The notes below the pieces were generated by a model. It did not search any database, had not been told where the DNA came from, and worked only from the letters and a program-made list of their open reading frames with translations. A DNA stretch of 64,000 nucleotides from Epiperipatus broadwayi (lineage: Eukaryota; Animalia; Onychophora), in assembly GCA_028023455.1 (NCBI GenBank), contig JAQFVV010000007.1, positions 1,426,001 through 1,490,000 of the forward strand. The letters run 5' to 3'. Below, in pieces: positions 38,001-51,659 of this stretch; the stretch's first letter is position 1; every line of letters starts with the position of its first letter. Position numbers and translations under genes: made by a program.

Positions 38001-38490
38001 GCCACTCGTGGATTTACCCCCAATTTAGATAGTAAATAGATCCCCCATTTATGGATAAAACCTCACATCCCATGATAAGAAAATAACAACGATCATAGGA
38101 ATACTAATGTCTGTATACAAATATAGCTTGAATAACCTTACTAATAATTCACAGGTAATGATCAAACTAATAATAATACTGGGCTGTAGGGATTGTAGAA
38201 TGAATGAATAAAAAATGATTTCACTTTAAAAAAAGAAGGAAAAAGAGAGGAAAGAAAAAGAAATTGGGGAAATGATTGTTTTACAATACTGTATCATGCT
38301 AATAATTATCTTAAGTAATATTGGATTTAGTGACTAAGCAGTTTTTTATTTTTTTTTTGGTTCTTATTTAATATTTTGCTCTGGATGCATGATTGTATTT
38401 ACCATTATATGTGACTGCATTGTACTGTGTATTATATACCTTAAATCATTTTTTTGTTGTTGTAACTGAGAAAATATAAAATGAAATATA

Positions 38491-40577
38491 TGCAGTGCTA
38501 TATTCGTTTCGCCTGGATTACATCTCAAAATTGACTCTGAGTCACATGCACGTCTCTATAAACTAAGTTTGAATCTTAAAAATGCCCCAAGAAATATCTA
38601 TAGAGATGTCTGTAAAATCACATATGTATATATTAATGCTAGATATCTAGTTATTATGTATAGATTAAAGTAATAGCTGTATAAATTTAATTTATAATTA
38701 ACTCGATTTAAAATTGCAGATATATGGGTGAATCATACATATCACCATGATACATATATATATATATAGGACATATTTTGTTATTTTGGTTATTTATTAT
38801 AGTTTATAAAATTGATTTCTAAAATAGTTTGTAAAAAAGAGTCATGCGATTCAAATCTCGTTGAGGATAGCATGCTAATTGATGTTTAAAAAGATATTAA
38901 AACAATAGTTATTTGTCAAAACATATTCTATCTCAAAAATAAACACTTAACCAACACTGTAAATTATTTTACTAAAATCGTATGTTTTAAAAAAAGAATG
39001 CTTATCAATTTCAAAAGTAAAAGAATGGGTTGCTAACAAAATTATTTAAAATGTATAAATAGATTGAATAAGATAAAGAAGAAATTAGCATAGTACATCT
39101 TCCTAAAAGCTTGTAAAAATAAACGGTAGATTCTTGTTAACATCCTGCTGAAAATTAGACAAAAGACAGGTTATTTTTCTTTCTAAAATTATACAGTATG
39201 GTGTGTTAATGGCTTAATTTTCTGTAAGGCAAAATGATCCTTTAGATGTATAAATTAATTGAAGGCATGTACATATAGCCCACCTTTTCTACATATAAAA
39301 AAGAACATCTAAATTTGGTAAATACTGTCTAATAAAATCCACACAAGTTTGATCTGTAAAATATCTGAGTAGGAGAGACAGGAGTTGCTTTTCTCCAAGC
39401 CAGGGGATGGTGATCTCCATCTCCATCCTGTATGCTGAAAATATCAAGCCATTATAGTGATGGAAGAAGTTCCGTAAAGAACCTGCCATGTTGATGTCAT
39501 CCGCATAGAAAGATATGTTGCCTATCTCATGGAGAATGATCACTACTTTATGCATAGCCAAGAATGGAAGAAATCAACTGATGTGCTCCTACAGATTAAT
39601 CAAAGATAAAATTCCTACTATCACCGCAAAGAGTGCTAAAATGAACTTTAGGGGCCTAAGTCTGGAGCTATAGCTATTTTATAAACCTTATTGAACGTTC
39701 AAATTAAATTTTCATCTCTGTAAAATCATTAATTTTGTTTAAAATCTGAAATTGTGAACTTGTGATTGTTTTATCAAACTATAATTAATCTTTACTTTTA
39801 TATAGCAATGATAATTACTACTGTTTTTATGTTTCTAGTTATTAAAATTTCTTACCGATTCATGTTATAATGTGCCCAATACCATTCGAAATAGTGAGCG
39901 TAATAAATATCTTAAGTGTAGAGGGAAGATATCACTAATTCTATATTTGATTTAATAATTATAGAATAATGTTTACTTATTCAAATCCATCTTGCTATTG
40001 CGAAATTATGACTTGGTTATAATCTTTAATTACCCTACAATTATCATGGTTTGTATTGTTCTATGGTGTGCAGTCCAATTCATTCCATAATAAGTAATTA
40101 TTGTAGTTATAGGCCAACACTATGTTGTAAAGTGTAATATATGAAGATTATTTTAACAATTAAATATAATTCCAACAGTAGAGATATAATATAATGTACA
40201 TTTGATAATTAATAATTAACGTTAATACCCCTTGAAATGTACGTAGCCATTATTAAATCATGATTTACATATCTTTTAGAGTTGAAAATTATGTCCAAAT
40301 ATTAATTGCTTGTCTTAGATAGTCAGGAATATTAATGCTGTAATATATAATACATATATTACACGTGAACCTTAGTCATTTGGCAAACCACAGTGGGGGG
40401 GGGGGTGAAAATCATTTATAAAGCACGAAGGTTTTTAGATGTACATGAATTAAATCTTTGCCACTGTACGTAATAAATGATTAGATTTGTTTAATTGTAC
40501 AATGTGTGGTGGCATTGAATTAACAATAGTTTGATCATGAGCTTAATATAATCTATAGTACCTGATGTTAATCATTA
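38491..40577 (+). repeat. 3' LTR of the outer element, truncated by a DNA transposon
   Basis: Homology to the 5' copy ends at ...GATGTTAATCATTA, directly before CCCTGGGGAACAACA. Confidence 0.8.
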
Positions 40578-42250
40578 CCCTGGGGAACAACATTTTTGTT
40601 GCATCCACAAAAACACTTGTTCTTACATAATTCAAGTGTGCTGATTTCAAATCTGACATTAGTTTTTCTCTGTAAGCTACAGCTTTTTTGCAATTCAAGA
40701 TTTTAGGTTTTCATATTATTGTAAAATTTTCAACATTTAGTTTAACATAATGAAGTAGAATGTCTTCTTGGGCATCATCTTAATATAATAATTTATATAA
40801 TGCAGTAAACACACTAATACACTAAAAGATATGACTGCATCAGAATTTGTCTACAATTTTGAAATAGAACATATTAAAACACATTTTAATCATAAAATTT
40901 GCGCAAAACTTATTTAAATTCTATTCTGGCAAAAATTTGCATTTGTGTACTTGTTGAGGACAATCTCATTTGATGATCCAACAGTAGTCTGCCATCATAT
41001 TTCTGTCCCATCGCCCCTGATAATGCTCTTCCATCATCTTCAGATCTTGATGAAAGCATTCTCCTTGCTCATCACTAACAGTTCCAAGATTTTCGGGAAA
41101 CTTATCAAAGTGACTGTTCAGGAAATGGATCTTAACGCTCATGTTACATGCAATGTCGTGGAAAGTCAAACAGCATCCTTTGAACCAGAAGTTCATAGTT
41201 TTCTGCTTTTTTGTTACCAAGGAAGTTCTTTGTAACTGCCACAAAAAACTGCCATGCTGCTTTCTCCTCCTTATTCATTTTCCTGGAAAATTCTTCATCA
41301 CGTATGAGGGTTCTAATTTGAGATCCATCGAATACACCTGCTTTTATCTTCTCAAAAGACAAGGCAGGAAAAGCAGAAATAATATGTTGAAAGCATTCAC
41401 TTTTCCTATTCAAAGCCTGAATAAACAGCTTCATTAAGCCAAGTTTGATGTGAAGTGTGTGTGTGTGTGGGGGGGGGGTGATCTTGTCTTGATTAACCTA
41501 CAGGTTCATTCACAATATTTTGCATCCCTACTTCCAGAGCTTCACGTTTCGGCCACTCCTTCTGTGTCCAGTGTTTCTCCAGAGCTTGGCTGTCCCACAA
41601 ACACAGAAAGTAAGGATACTTCGTGAAACCTCTCTGTTGTCCTAGCAAGAAATTTACCATTTTAAGATCCACACAAATGATCCAGTTACGCTCCTCATAC
41701 TTCAGTAAGTCAAGGACAATTTTTATGTCATTATAATCTTCTCGCAGATGAGTTGAATGACCAATTGGAACCATTGCATAAACATTACCATTTGTGTAGA
41801 ACACATTTTAGACTCTGTTTACAGCTGTCAAGAAATAACCACCATTCTGTTGGACTGTAAGTGGTAAAACCTAGCTGGTTGAGAAGACTACTGATATCAT
41901 GACAGTAAACAGAAGTGTTTGTCTTCGGAAAAAAAGTCTACAAAAATTTGTTCACACTTCCTGAAATGGGATACTTTAGCTGACAGGTGAAGTATATTCT
42001 TTTCTTGAAGCCTGAAGGCTAATAATTCAGCTGCTTTCTTTGATAGGCCCAAATCTCTTACTAAGACATTCAATTCGAGTTGGCTAAACTGCTGAGGGAT
42101 TAATGACTGCTTGGCATCAAAAGAAGACCCTTCAGATTCTACAACCATTTCCTCATGCATCTTATCAAAATATACTTGATCATCACGTTCACTTTCTTTG
42201 TCCTTAGAAGAAATAAAACCATTGAAAACTGAAACCAGGAGTATCTCAGA
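40578..42250 (-). mobile_element. 5'-truncated Chapaev3-like (CMC superfamily) DNA transposon, degenerate transposase
   Basis: Terminus CCCTGGGGAACAAC after a TTA target (CAC-type end, TWA target). Minus-strand motifs ELN.LVRDLGLSK, VDLKMVNFLLGQQRGFTKYP, LHIKLGLMK, NMSVKIHFL.SH, SDEQGE.FHQD, MMADYCW. Family assignment is from recalled motifs. Confidence 0.7.
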
Positions 42251-42337
42251 GCTTAGTAGTTCAAGTCTGAATCATTATATACTCAATACATATAAGATAT
42301 TCCGTATTTAAACCATTATGCTTGCTCATGCTGTTAA

Positions 42338-42534
42338 AACAGACAAAACTCTCCTTACAGTAGTGCCACTCAGTGCAAGCTAGAGTAATCAATGGATGAA
42401 AGGTTTAAGCATAAAATCCCTATCTAGTGCCTACTCATATTGGATGAGTAGATTTTATACACAAACCTTCTTGCATCCATTGATTACTCTGGCTTGTACT
42501 GAATGACACTATTGTAAGGAGAGTTTTGCCTGTT
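42338..42534. repeat. ~200-bp fold-back of the same repeat family as the 55-kb palindrome
   Basis: AACAGACAAAACTCTCCTTACAG... versus ...TGTAAGGAGAGTTTTGCCTGTT, with a central CTACTCAT/ATGAGTAG hairpin. Similar to the unit at 54969-55075. Confidence 0.85.
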
Positions 42535-45500
42535 ATATTCCATGCTTAAAAAGCATAAATATATATAATTATAAATATAAGAATATCTCTAATATATATC
42601 TATGAACCTTATAAATCATAGTTTAAATCTATATTATTAAATTCAACTACAGAGACGATGACGATAGTTTTATGACTACAATCACTCTAAAGTATTTTAT
42701 TTGTTTTCAGTTAGCTATTGGAAGAAATTCCTGGTGCCAAATCTCCTTAAAAGAGAATGCTTAGAATTGTGTAGGATAATGATCATCATCGATTACAAAT
42801 CATTCCCGTAACATCCCTGCACATTCCTCAATGATTCGCATATTCTCAGAGTTGTGGATACTTTTTTTATGAATTAGCGTGTGTTGAAATTATAATGTTT
42901 AAACTTATAAAAACAAACAGGATTAAAAACAATATAACCATTTATTAATAAAACAAAATGTATATAATTTGGTTATAGCTTTATAATAATAATTCCAAGT
43001 GTAGACCTCAAATTGAGGCCATAATAATTAATATGATTTTAATCAATAGTCCATATATTTCAATTCCTTTTCATTAAGTACTTTCATATATAGATATTAA
43101 ATTAAGCACACTATTTAATCTATTTTCAACAAACCATTCATTTATTTAGTTTCTTCCCACTTAGGTTCATATATAAATATAAAATCAATAAAGTAATACT
43201 TAATATCTTTTCCTCAAACAATTCATATATTTTAGTTTCTTCTAGTGATTCCACATATGTATATATATAAAGTGAAACATATTGTCAGACTTAATATACT
43301 TTCAGTGTGAGTCTGTACTCCTAATTCAAATGTAAACATACAGGATAACAAATCACAATAATTAATTTTTTTCAATCTTTCTAAGTTTAAAATCTCTTTT
43401 CATTATTATAGAATAAATAGCTCAACATCTTACTAGTAAAAATAAATATTTAATGTCCCACATCCTAGGTTTCTATATCCGTTTTCTTCTCCATAATTAC
43501 CATAAGTCATCTTTATAAATTGCCTTAAAGCATATATTTCTTCTATTCACATACTAGATACATAAATCAGCTTTATATTAGTAAAGAGCATATAAAAAGC
43601 ATACAAATCTTCAGCAATTTGGCTACGTAATTCAGTTCTTACTGGCTGATTATAAAAGGTAGACATAAAACTTCACATTGCATTGTTATTTACTGGATTG
43701 AACTGCATACTTAGGGTCTTCCGAATAATGTTTTACTTGTTTTTGCCTAGCCTTTCATGGCAAAAGATTCACAATTATAATAAAACAATTTTATAGCTTC
43801 TAATATAAGCATTGCAATTTCAATTAGTAACAAGGCAAGTTCTTCTCCCACAGCTCACTTCAACTGCTTTACCATATATCTTGCAGTTTGGAATCTGTAA
43901 ATCCCCACTAGAATGAAGTTAACCTCTAAACAAAAGCTATTGCCCAAACTTTAATTTGCAGTATTCTACCATCTTGGACTCTAGAGAAAAATATTCCATT
44001 GCATTATTCAACAAAAGAAAGAAATAGTTGTTTGCTTTCTTTTCTTTATCTAATAAGCATTACAAGAGATAAATTATTGACCAGCTTTTATTATTTTCTT
44101 TATAATTAATAAAGTATTAATTCACAATTCTTTTTCCTGGATTATATAAGAATCGATAAAATTTTATTTATATAAAATAGATGAAACCAAAAAGATCTTA
44201 AAATGTCTTTTAATTGTCAAACTATATATTTTCTAATTCTTTATCATATATATGTATTCGTAGGTGCACACATACATTATTCTTCAAATCTGATTATGTA
44301 GCGCTTATACTCCTGCTATTAGAGTTATATATCCTTTCTCTTTAAAAGAAAACAATGGTACAATGAAATTATCCATTTCTCATTTACATATTGATTAGTA
44401 TATATATTCATTTGAAAATAAAAGTGAAAAAAAAAAAAATACTTCAATTAAAATTTGTATATAATAAGCCTAACTAAGAAATGCCAAATTTTATTGTACT
44501 TAAAGCATGATTTTGGTTTCCTTACTCTTTGGAAAATAACACTATTAACATAAAAAAAACATGTATTTTTATTAATCCATTGTTTTTCAAATTCTCATTT
44601 TTTCACATTTATCATAAATAAGTCATAGTCCTAAAAGAATAATTTTTTGCATAGATAGTTTTGTTCATTTGTTTTTAATTTGGAGTGACATTTGTATTAT
44701 TTTGTTTAAAAAAAAACAGCAACAATTAATTATGCTCTCAATCTTTTCTTATTAAGCTACTCTTTCTTTAAAAAGAGAGGTTTCATAAAAGAATTGCTGT
44801 ATTTAATCTTTTAAAAAAATATAAATCTAATTATTGCATCTTAAACTCTTTAAAAAATCAAACATAGGGAGAGGAAACCCCATTAAATAAGATAATCAAG
44901 AAACATATCCCCTAATCTTCATTGGTAGATTACAATAATATAAAAATGTTTAATATAATAAAATTAAAAGTTATATAATTATTATTTACATTTAATAAAA
45001 AAGAAAAAATCTATACTAATATAAAAATATTCATTTTCAGTGAACTCTTGATTTATAAGGCATGTACGTACTGTTTTTCTATATTTATGATCTACTTTAT
45101 TTAGTTATGAAATCAGAATCATAAAAATGCATATTATTTTCTTACAAATCACCATTTTTCAATATGTCATTTTTTACCATGTATTATTAACAAATCATAA
45201 TTTAAAACAATATTATTTATTCACAATTTTTTTTTTTTTTAAATATTTTTATTTATTTATTTTTAAAAAATAATATAATTTAAAGATAACAGATAATTTG
45301 ATTTTTTTAAAAAAACAAAAAATAATTAACTTTGCTTAGACCTTTTCAGGATTTACTTCTTTGTTTAAAAAGAGTTTCTCAAGTTTCCCAGGAGTCTTAT
45401 ATTTTAAAAAATCTTTATATTTTCAAAGATTAGTTGAAACATAAAATCTTTCCAAAGAAAACAAATATCAATTATAGATTTTTATTTATTTATAAAATTA

Positions 45501-45999
45501 AAGCAATGAAATAAATTCCTTTTTAAAGTGAATCAATGATGTAAACAAAATTATTCATAAAAAAAAAATATTGAATAAATTATAATTAATATTACCTCCA
45601 ATTTTTTAAAGAATAGGCAATGACTGTGATATTAAAATTATACACATATACATGTTTTGCAAAAAAAATGTAGACCACTTTAAACTAACATTAAAGTTGT
45701 ACTATGTATGTAAAGTATTTCAATGAATAATCATTAAATTATTTCTTACTTACAGTTTTTAATAAGCTTCCATTCTATCATTTTTTCCATCTAGAGTTTA
45801 TTTTCTCCTACCTTTTGAAAACAAATGAATTAAGATTTCATAGTTTTTAAAATTACTTTATATTGTTATTAAAATAAATTTAATATACAGATTGACATTT
45901 ATATATTCAAAACTGAATATTTTAAATTTAATATTAATTTAAATTTTCAACACCATTCAAGTGCTATAAAAACAGTTTATAACAAAATGAGGTATATTG

Positions 46000-46900
46000 T
46001 TGTGTTCCTACTCCATTTCCATTTAATATGGAAAACTTTCTAATCTGTAAAAATCAGAGAATTGAGAATGGTTGACTAATTATATTTTATCTGCATTAAT
46101 AACTTAAAATCAGATATCAATAGTTTCCTTCAACATTTCTCAATATCATTTTAACTCCAAAAAGATGTCTAAACCAATTCTTCTTTTTCTGATTAATTTC
46201 CTTAACAGTTTTTTTTTTTTCAATTAATAAAAGTTTTTTTGCTGAAAAGTGAAAAGTGTAAGATTTTTGAAATTCAATTTCCTTTCTTGTGACTACAATA
46301 ACATATTTGCCAACTTCCCCCCTTTCCCATTTTTCTCAATATTCAAATCGTAAATGCTTTCAATAATTTTCCCTTTCTTTTCAAGTATGCAAATTTCCAT
46401 TCATATCAAAATGTTAAATAATGATGATGTATTTCATTCTAAACAAATAGTTTATTAAGTCAAATATATTTAAATCCCAACATCTGCCCAATTAACATTT
46501 AATAATTTATTTGTACTACCTGTCCACAACTCAGTCCTTTACATAATGCAACAATCATGAATATGCATTGAAAAAAACATTCTCCAATAAAGTACTATTG
46601 TTAACTATTAAAAACTTTTATCATAAATCCCTCTTTTTATTTAACATTGAATATCTGAATATAAAACTTTTAAAAACACATCATACATCTTATTTAATAT
46701 CTTTTAACTAATACTGTTTTTTTTATTATCATCCTCTAATATTTCAATTATCTAACAATCTTTTCAAGACTATAAATGGCAATATTACTTTAATGCTTTT
46801 ATAAGATTCAATTTGCAATAAAATCTTTTTAAATACAAATAAACTCATAATTACATTTTGATACTCTGCCATTCTAAATACTATTGTAAAAAGTACTAAA
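46000..46900 (-). mobile_element. Ancient RTE-like LINE relic
   Basis: Faint RT C-terminal remnants on the minus strand; no open frame. Confidence 0.3.
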
Positions 46901-47439
46901 ACAAAGTTTAAATATGAAATTTAATATGACACGAAACCGTTGAAAATATACTTGGTACAATAGATCTTACTAAATTTTATATTTAAACCCTGTTTTAGTA
47001 TTTTTTTTTACATAAATAAACTCATAATATGTGCCCTTATAGACATATAAATACAGATTATATGTATGGTTTTAGAAAGAAGTTTGCAGTTAAATGAAAG
47101 CAGACCCTTTGATCCCTCTTTGAGGCCTTAAAGGAACAGATCAGAGCAGATTCCTAATGTCAATTCTACATGATCTTGTGGTTGCAACTATTATTACTAT
47201 GTGATTATTCATATAGTATATGAACATGAATGGGCTATTCATGAACATGCATCAGCCAGCTTGGTAAGGTCCCTGGCTTTTTATTTCAAAGTTTAAGATC
47301 AAGAAACCCCATGGTCTTTTTTGTCAGTTGTCAGATAGTTCTTAAGTAAAATATATCAGATGATTTTCTTTCAAGGCAGCATGAATGTATGTGTGAATGC
47401 TCTCTTTTAATATATATTTATAATCATGACTGACAACAT

Positions 47440-50205
47440 TATATCACAGACCTTATTTCCAGAAGACTGGAAAGTTGACCATCAAAGCAGCAGTTAATGG
47501 AATAAGAATCCTGCTTGCAGACCTAGGCTGACGATCTAATGATGATTATTTATTTGGTACATACAATGGCAGGTCACTTTTAAGTAAAAGATAAGTATAT
47601 GAATTTCAACATTGTTCGATTTTAGAAAGTCAGAAGAAAGATGAAAAGACAACAGATTTAAAAAATGGAAATGTACTTTAATTCAAAGGCATAAATATTA
47701 TAAGTACAACTGATATGGGATTCATTATAAATAAGTAGGAGAACAACAATGAGGAAATTGTTAGTGGATGTGGCAAAATGACAAGATTAGTTATTCAACT
47801 TAATGGAAGATACCAAATGCAGATAAATCAGGTTTATGCCACAACAAGTCCTCATTGTGATGAAAAATAGAGGATTTTTATATGGACATACACAACATTT
47901 TTGATCAGATCAAATAACATTTATAAATTGTCATGTAAGATTTTAATGCTAAAACTGGTAAATGATTGAAAGATGAAAGGGTCATGGTTAAATTTAATAT
48001 GCTAAAAGAAATGAGAGAGGATTCAGACTTGTTGAGTTTGCAGAAAAAGAAACACTGTATATTAGAAATTTTTTATGTGAGAAAAATGTTAAAAAGAAAT
48101 GGACCCAGAAGTATACAAATGAAAGTACAGCAGAATTGGATTATATTTTACTAACAGAAAATATTGTACTACAAGAGTGTTATGTTCTTAATGAATTTAA
48201 AGTGATCATCAATTTGTAAGATGTAAGATACATGTTAATGCAAAACTAGAGTTGCCAAAACTATTAAGAAAAATAATATTAACAGTTAATATTCCTAACC
48301 TTCAAAAATACTCCAATGAATTTAAATTAGAACCTTGCAAATCATTTAAAAATATTAACAGAATGTGAAGATGATTCACAGTTGGCTAATATCAATAAGA
48401 CAATAACTAATATTCTATTAAGAACTGCAAGAAAGACAGCTCTTACAAAAAAGCAACACTTTACCAGTAAATTTTCTATTAAGATAAGACAGTGGATAAA
48501 GAAAAGAAGAAATATAATTTTTTTTTTTTAAATGATCCATTAAAAAAAAAATTGCATATCTTGAGTTTTATAAAATGGTACAAAAAAGAATTAATAATGA
48601 TATAATATAATTGTGAATTGGCAAGGAAAGCCATAGAAGAGAAATAAGTCTTCAAAGTATAAAACAACATTTTGACATTAAAAGAAAAGTTGTTTCTGCA
48701 ATAAGAAGAAAAGATGAAACTATTACTAAGCAGAGAGATGATACCATGAAATGTGTTGAAAAGTTTTATAAAGAATTATATTGTAGTAAAGAACAAAAAA
48801 AAAAAAAAGTACCTCCCACAATTATATTTTCTAAATTGCCAATTATTGTAAAAAATGAAGAAATGACTTATGCTAATAAATTTATGAAGCGGGGAGAAGC
48901 TCCAGGAAGTAATGGAATTATTATTGATATTTTAAAAGAACAAATGAAGAAATAGAAAAATTGTTGGCAAAACTATATATCAAATATCTAAATATATCAA
49001 ATGATTGAAAAATGCAATAAAATTAATATTGATGATTTAAGAAAGGTGATGAAAAAAATAATATAAATTCCAGACCCATGTCTTCTATCAGTTCTATATA
49101 AAATCTTCAAGATAATTACAATTCATCTGCAGTGAATCTTTGGGTTCTAATCAACCCAAAGAACAAGCTGGATTTCAAAGAGGGTTAACACAAGTAGATA
49201 ATATCAAATGTTGAGAAAAGTTATAGAAAGAATCAATGAATATAAATTGCCATTATGCTTTGGATTTGTAGATTATGAAAAGGCATTTGATTCTCTAAAC
49301 ATTTCACAGTGATTAAAGAATTGTAACATTAAGATAAAGACTTAAGATTCTGAAAAATATTTATCAAAATGCAACAGCTGTGACTAAATTACATAATATT
49401 AAAAAAAATTAAAATTGAATCTCCAAAATATAACAGCAGTTTTATGAGAAGTATTTTAGGGATTAAAATGGGAAATGAAGGAAATAAAAAAAAGGAGAGT
49501 TATTTAAGCTATATATTTTTAGTAGATGATGTGGTTTTTGCAAATAATGTTTCAGAGCTTCGGGAAAGATTGCAGCAGTTACCAGATAAAAATAAAAAAA
49601 TAAGATTAAAGACAAATGCTAAAAAAAACTAAAGAAATGTTCAATGGATTTTCCCAGAATAAAATAGAGATTGATAATCATAAATTAGAAGATGTTAATT
49701 TCAAATACCTTAATCAAATTAATGCAGATAAAAATTAATGGATGAAATTAATCATAGAATTAATTTTGGATTGAATGTTTTTCATAGAAATAGCTTAGGA
49801 TTAAAAGGTAATATGCCTGTGTTTTAAAAGGTTTTTAATAGATGTATTTACCAGTTCTTACCTACAAATCAAACTTGAACACTTAACAGAAAAGCAATAA
49901 AGAGATTTCAGATCACTCAATAGAATATGGGAAAATGTATGCTAGGATAAAAAAAAGATAGTGAAAGCAAAATACATGTGTGAGATAATAAACATGTATC
50001 AGAGATATCATTGAAAGAATTAAGAGCTGGGCTGGACATATTACTAGAAAAGATGTTAAAATACCCAGAAAGAGACCACATGTAAAATGTATGAATGAAA
50101 TAAGAAAATTTATTGTTATGAGTGTAGAAAAGAGAAGCTTTGGAATGGAAAAACTACATTAAACTTGGAGAGACTTTTATCTTGCAGTTTGAAAACGATG
50201 ACGAA
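47440..50205 (+). mobile_element. Degenerate RTE-clade LINE (AP endonuclease and RT)
   Basis: QVYA.TS (EN), GEAPGSNG, QPKEQAGF, FVDYEKAFDS, VDDVV (YADD equivalent), WAGHI; many stops and frameshifts. Confidence 0.85.
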
Positions 50206-51659
50206 TTTTAATTTTTTATCTTTGCTTTATTCCAATTTTACATTTTTAATTTTTTATTTTGAAGCTATTTATCATAAATAGTTTTTTACACAAGAATACA
50301 ATAGAATATGTTTAAATACATATATATCTATGAGTTAGCATATAAATATACATTTAAAATTATATCCCATAAAAATCTAAAATATTTATAATTCTGAAAA
50401 ATTGTTAGACAGTTTAAACTGAAGGAAATAATAATACACTAATAATAATAATAATAAAAAATGATAAACTGGTTGTGTAACATTTTTTTAAAAGTCATAT
50501 ATGTTAAAAAGATAAATACAACACATCCTGATAGTTGTATTTGAAAACTACTCAGATTTTCACATAAAAGTGTGCACTGCTGATATCTCACGCACATACA
50601 AATATCAACTATTATACTATTAAAATAATGACTACTACAGTCAAAAATATAGGCATAAAATTGAGAACATAAACTACTGGATCTGTCATATTAATAACTC
50701 ATGATAATCATATGAAGGCTGTTTGAAATAATAAAAATTCAAAGATTAGAAGAGAAGGTAAAACTTAAAACAGATTACAGGTAAAGGTTTACTTTAACGA
50801 CCACATCATATTCGCCCTCTAGTTTTTAAAATTAGAACTAAATTATTATTCGAAAATCTTATGTATATGCTACTATATTAAAATTACATTAAAATGTAAA
50901 AGAATAAAAAAAACATTTACCTTTTTAAGCATAATTGTGTCCTATGTATGCTAGGAAGTTGGAGGAAAAAACGATAGTGCTGTGTCTATTCCAGAAGACA
51001 ATTTCTTGTAGGTACGATGAAAACAAAGCTCTGAGCTACCAGATCTTTTTTTTTTTTTTTCAAAATATCTGGCACATTCCTCACGGCAAAAATTAGGCCA
51101 GCCAATTACTATTTTTTTGCTGACACTGGTCTCATGCACAATGTATTCTTGGAGCAAATTATGTGCCCCAAAATACACTATTTATATTTGATCCTAGTGG
51201 CAGATAACGTTGGGAAAAGAAAGATCTCTTTCTGATTGAGCTGCGATGGTGACATATTCTGCATTGCCATTTACACCCATCTAAGCCTACAGAATACATC
51301 ACCAGCGAACAACGAACACCGCACTGTTGGCATATGGAGTAATTCTTCAGAAAGTGTCTTCTTGCAAGCCATTTCATGGCCAATTCCGGAGTTTGAAGGG
51401 CATTCCACAACTGATACATCTGCCAGAATAGCAGCAACATTCAAAATTTGATCATCTGGAACTAAACATGTAACAAATCTACCTGCTATTTTTTGCAACT
51501 ATAAAACTGTACACGCGTACATGTAATTCGAACTTTTGAACCCAGAGGGTGTCTTTTTTTTTGTAATAAGTGCTATTAATGTAGACAGTTTAAATTCTTA
51601 AGTTTCAAATAATTTAAATTAATTATTTTAATTAATGTAGTGTAATTAAATCAACTTCC

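Larger units (their letters stand above)
23731..40577 (+). mobile_element. Large degenerate Gypsy-type LTR element (outer host of a nested insertion)
   Basis: Direct repeats ~23731-25848 and ~38491-40577 flank a gag-like ORF (27112 onward, resuming at 36242), an RT remnant (YMDNVLIASHNLQEHL) and an integrase C-terminal remnant (GDHVWIL). The 3' repeat is cut by the Chapaev-like insertion. Confidence 0.8.

Noticed and set aside
39289-39561. Minus-strand ORF with FYADDI (RT YADD-like), also open in the other LTR copy (24546-24797, FYAGDI)
   Set aside because: Both frames start at TTG, with an in-frame stop four codons upstream in the 39561 copy. The motif is not conserved between copies, and no other RT motifs flank it. 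Probably chance within LTR sequence.
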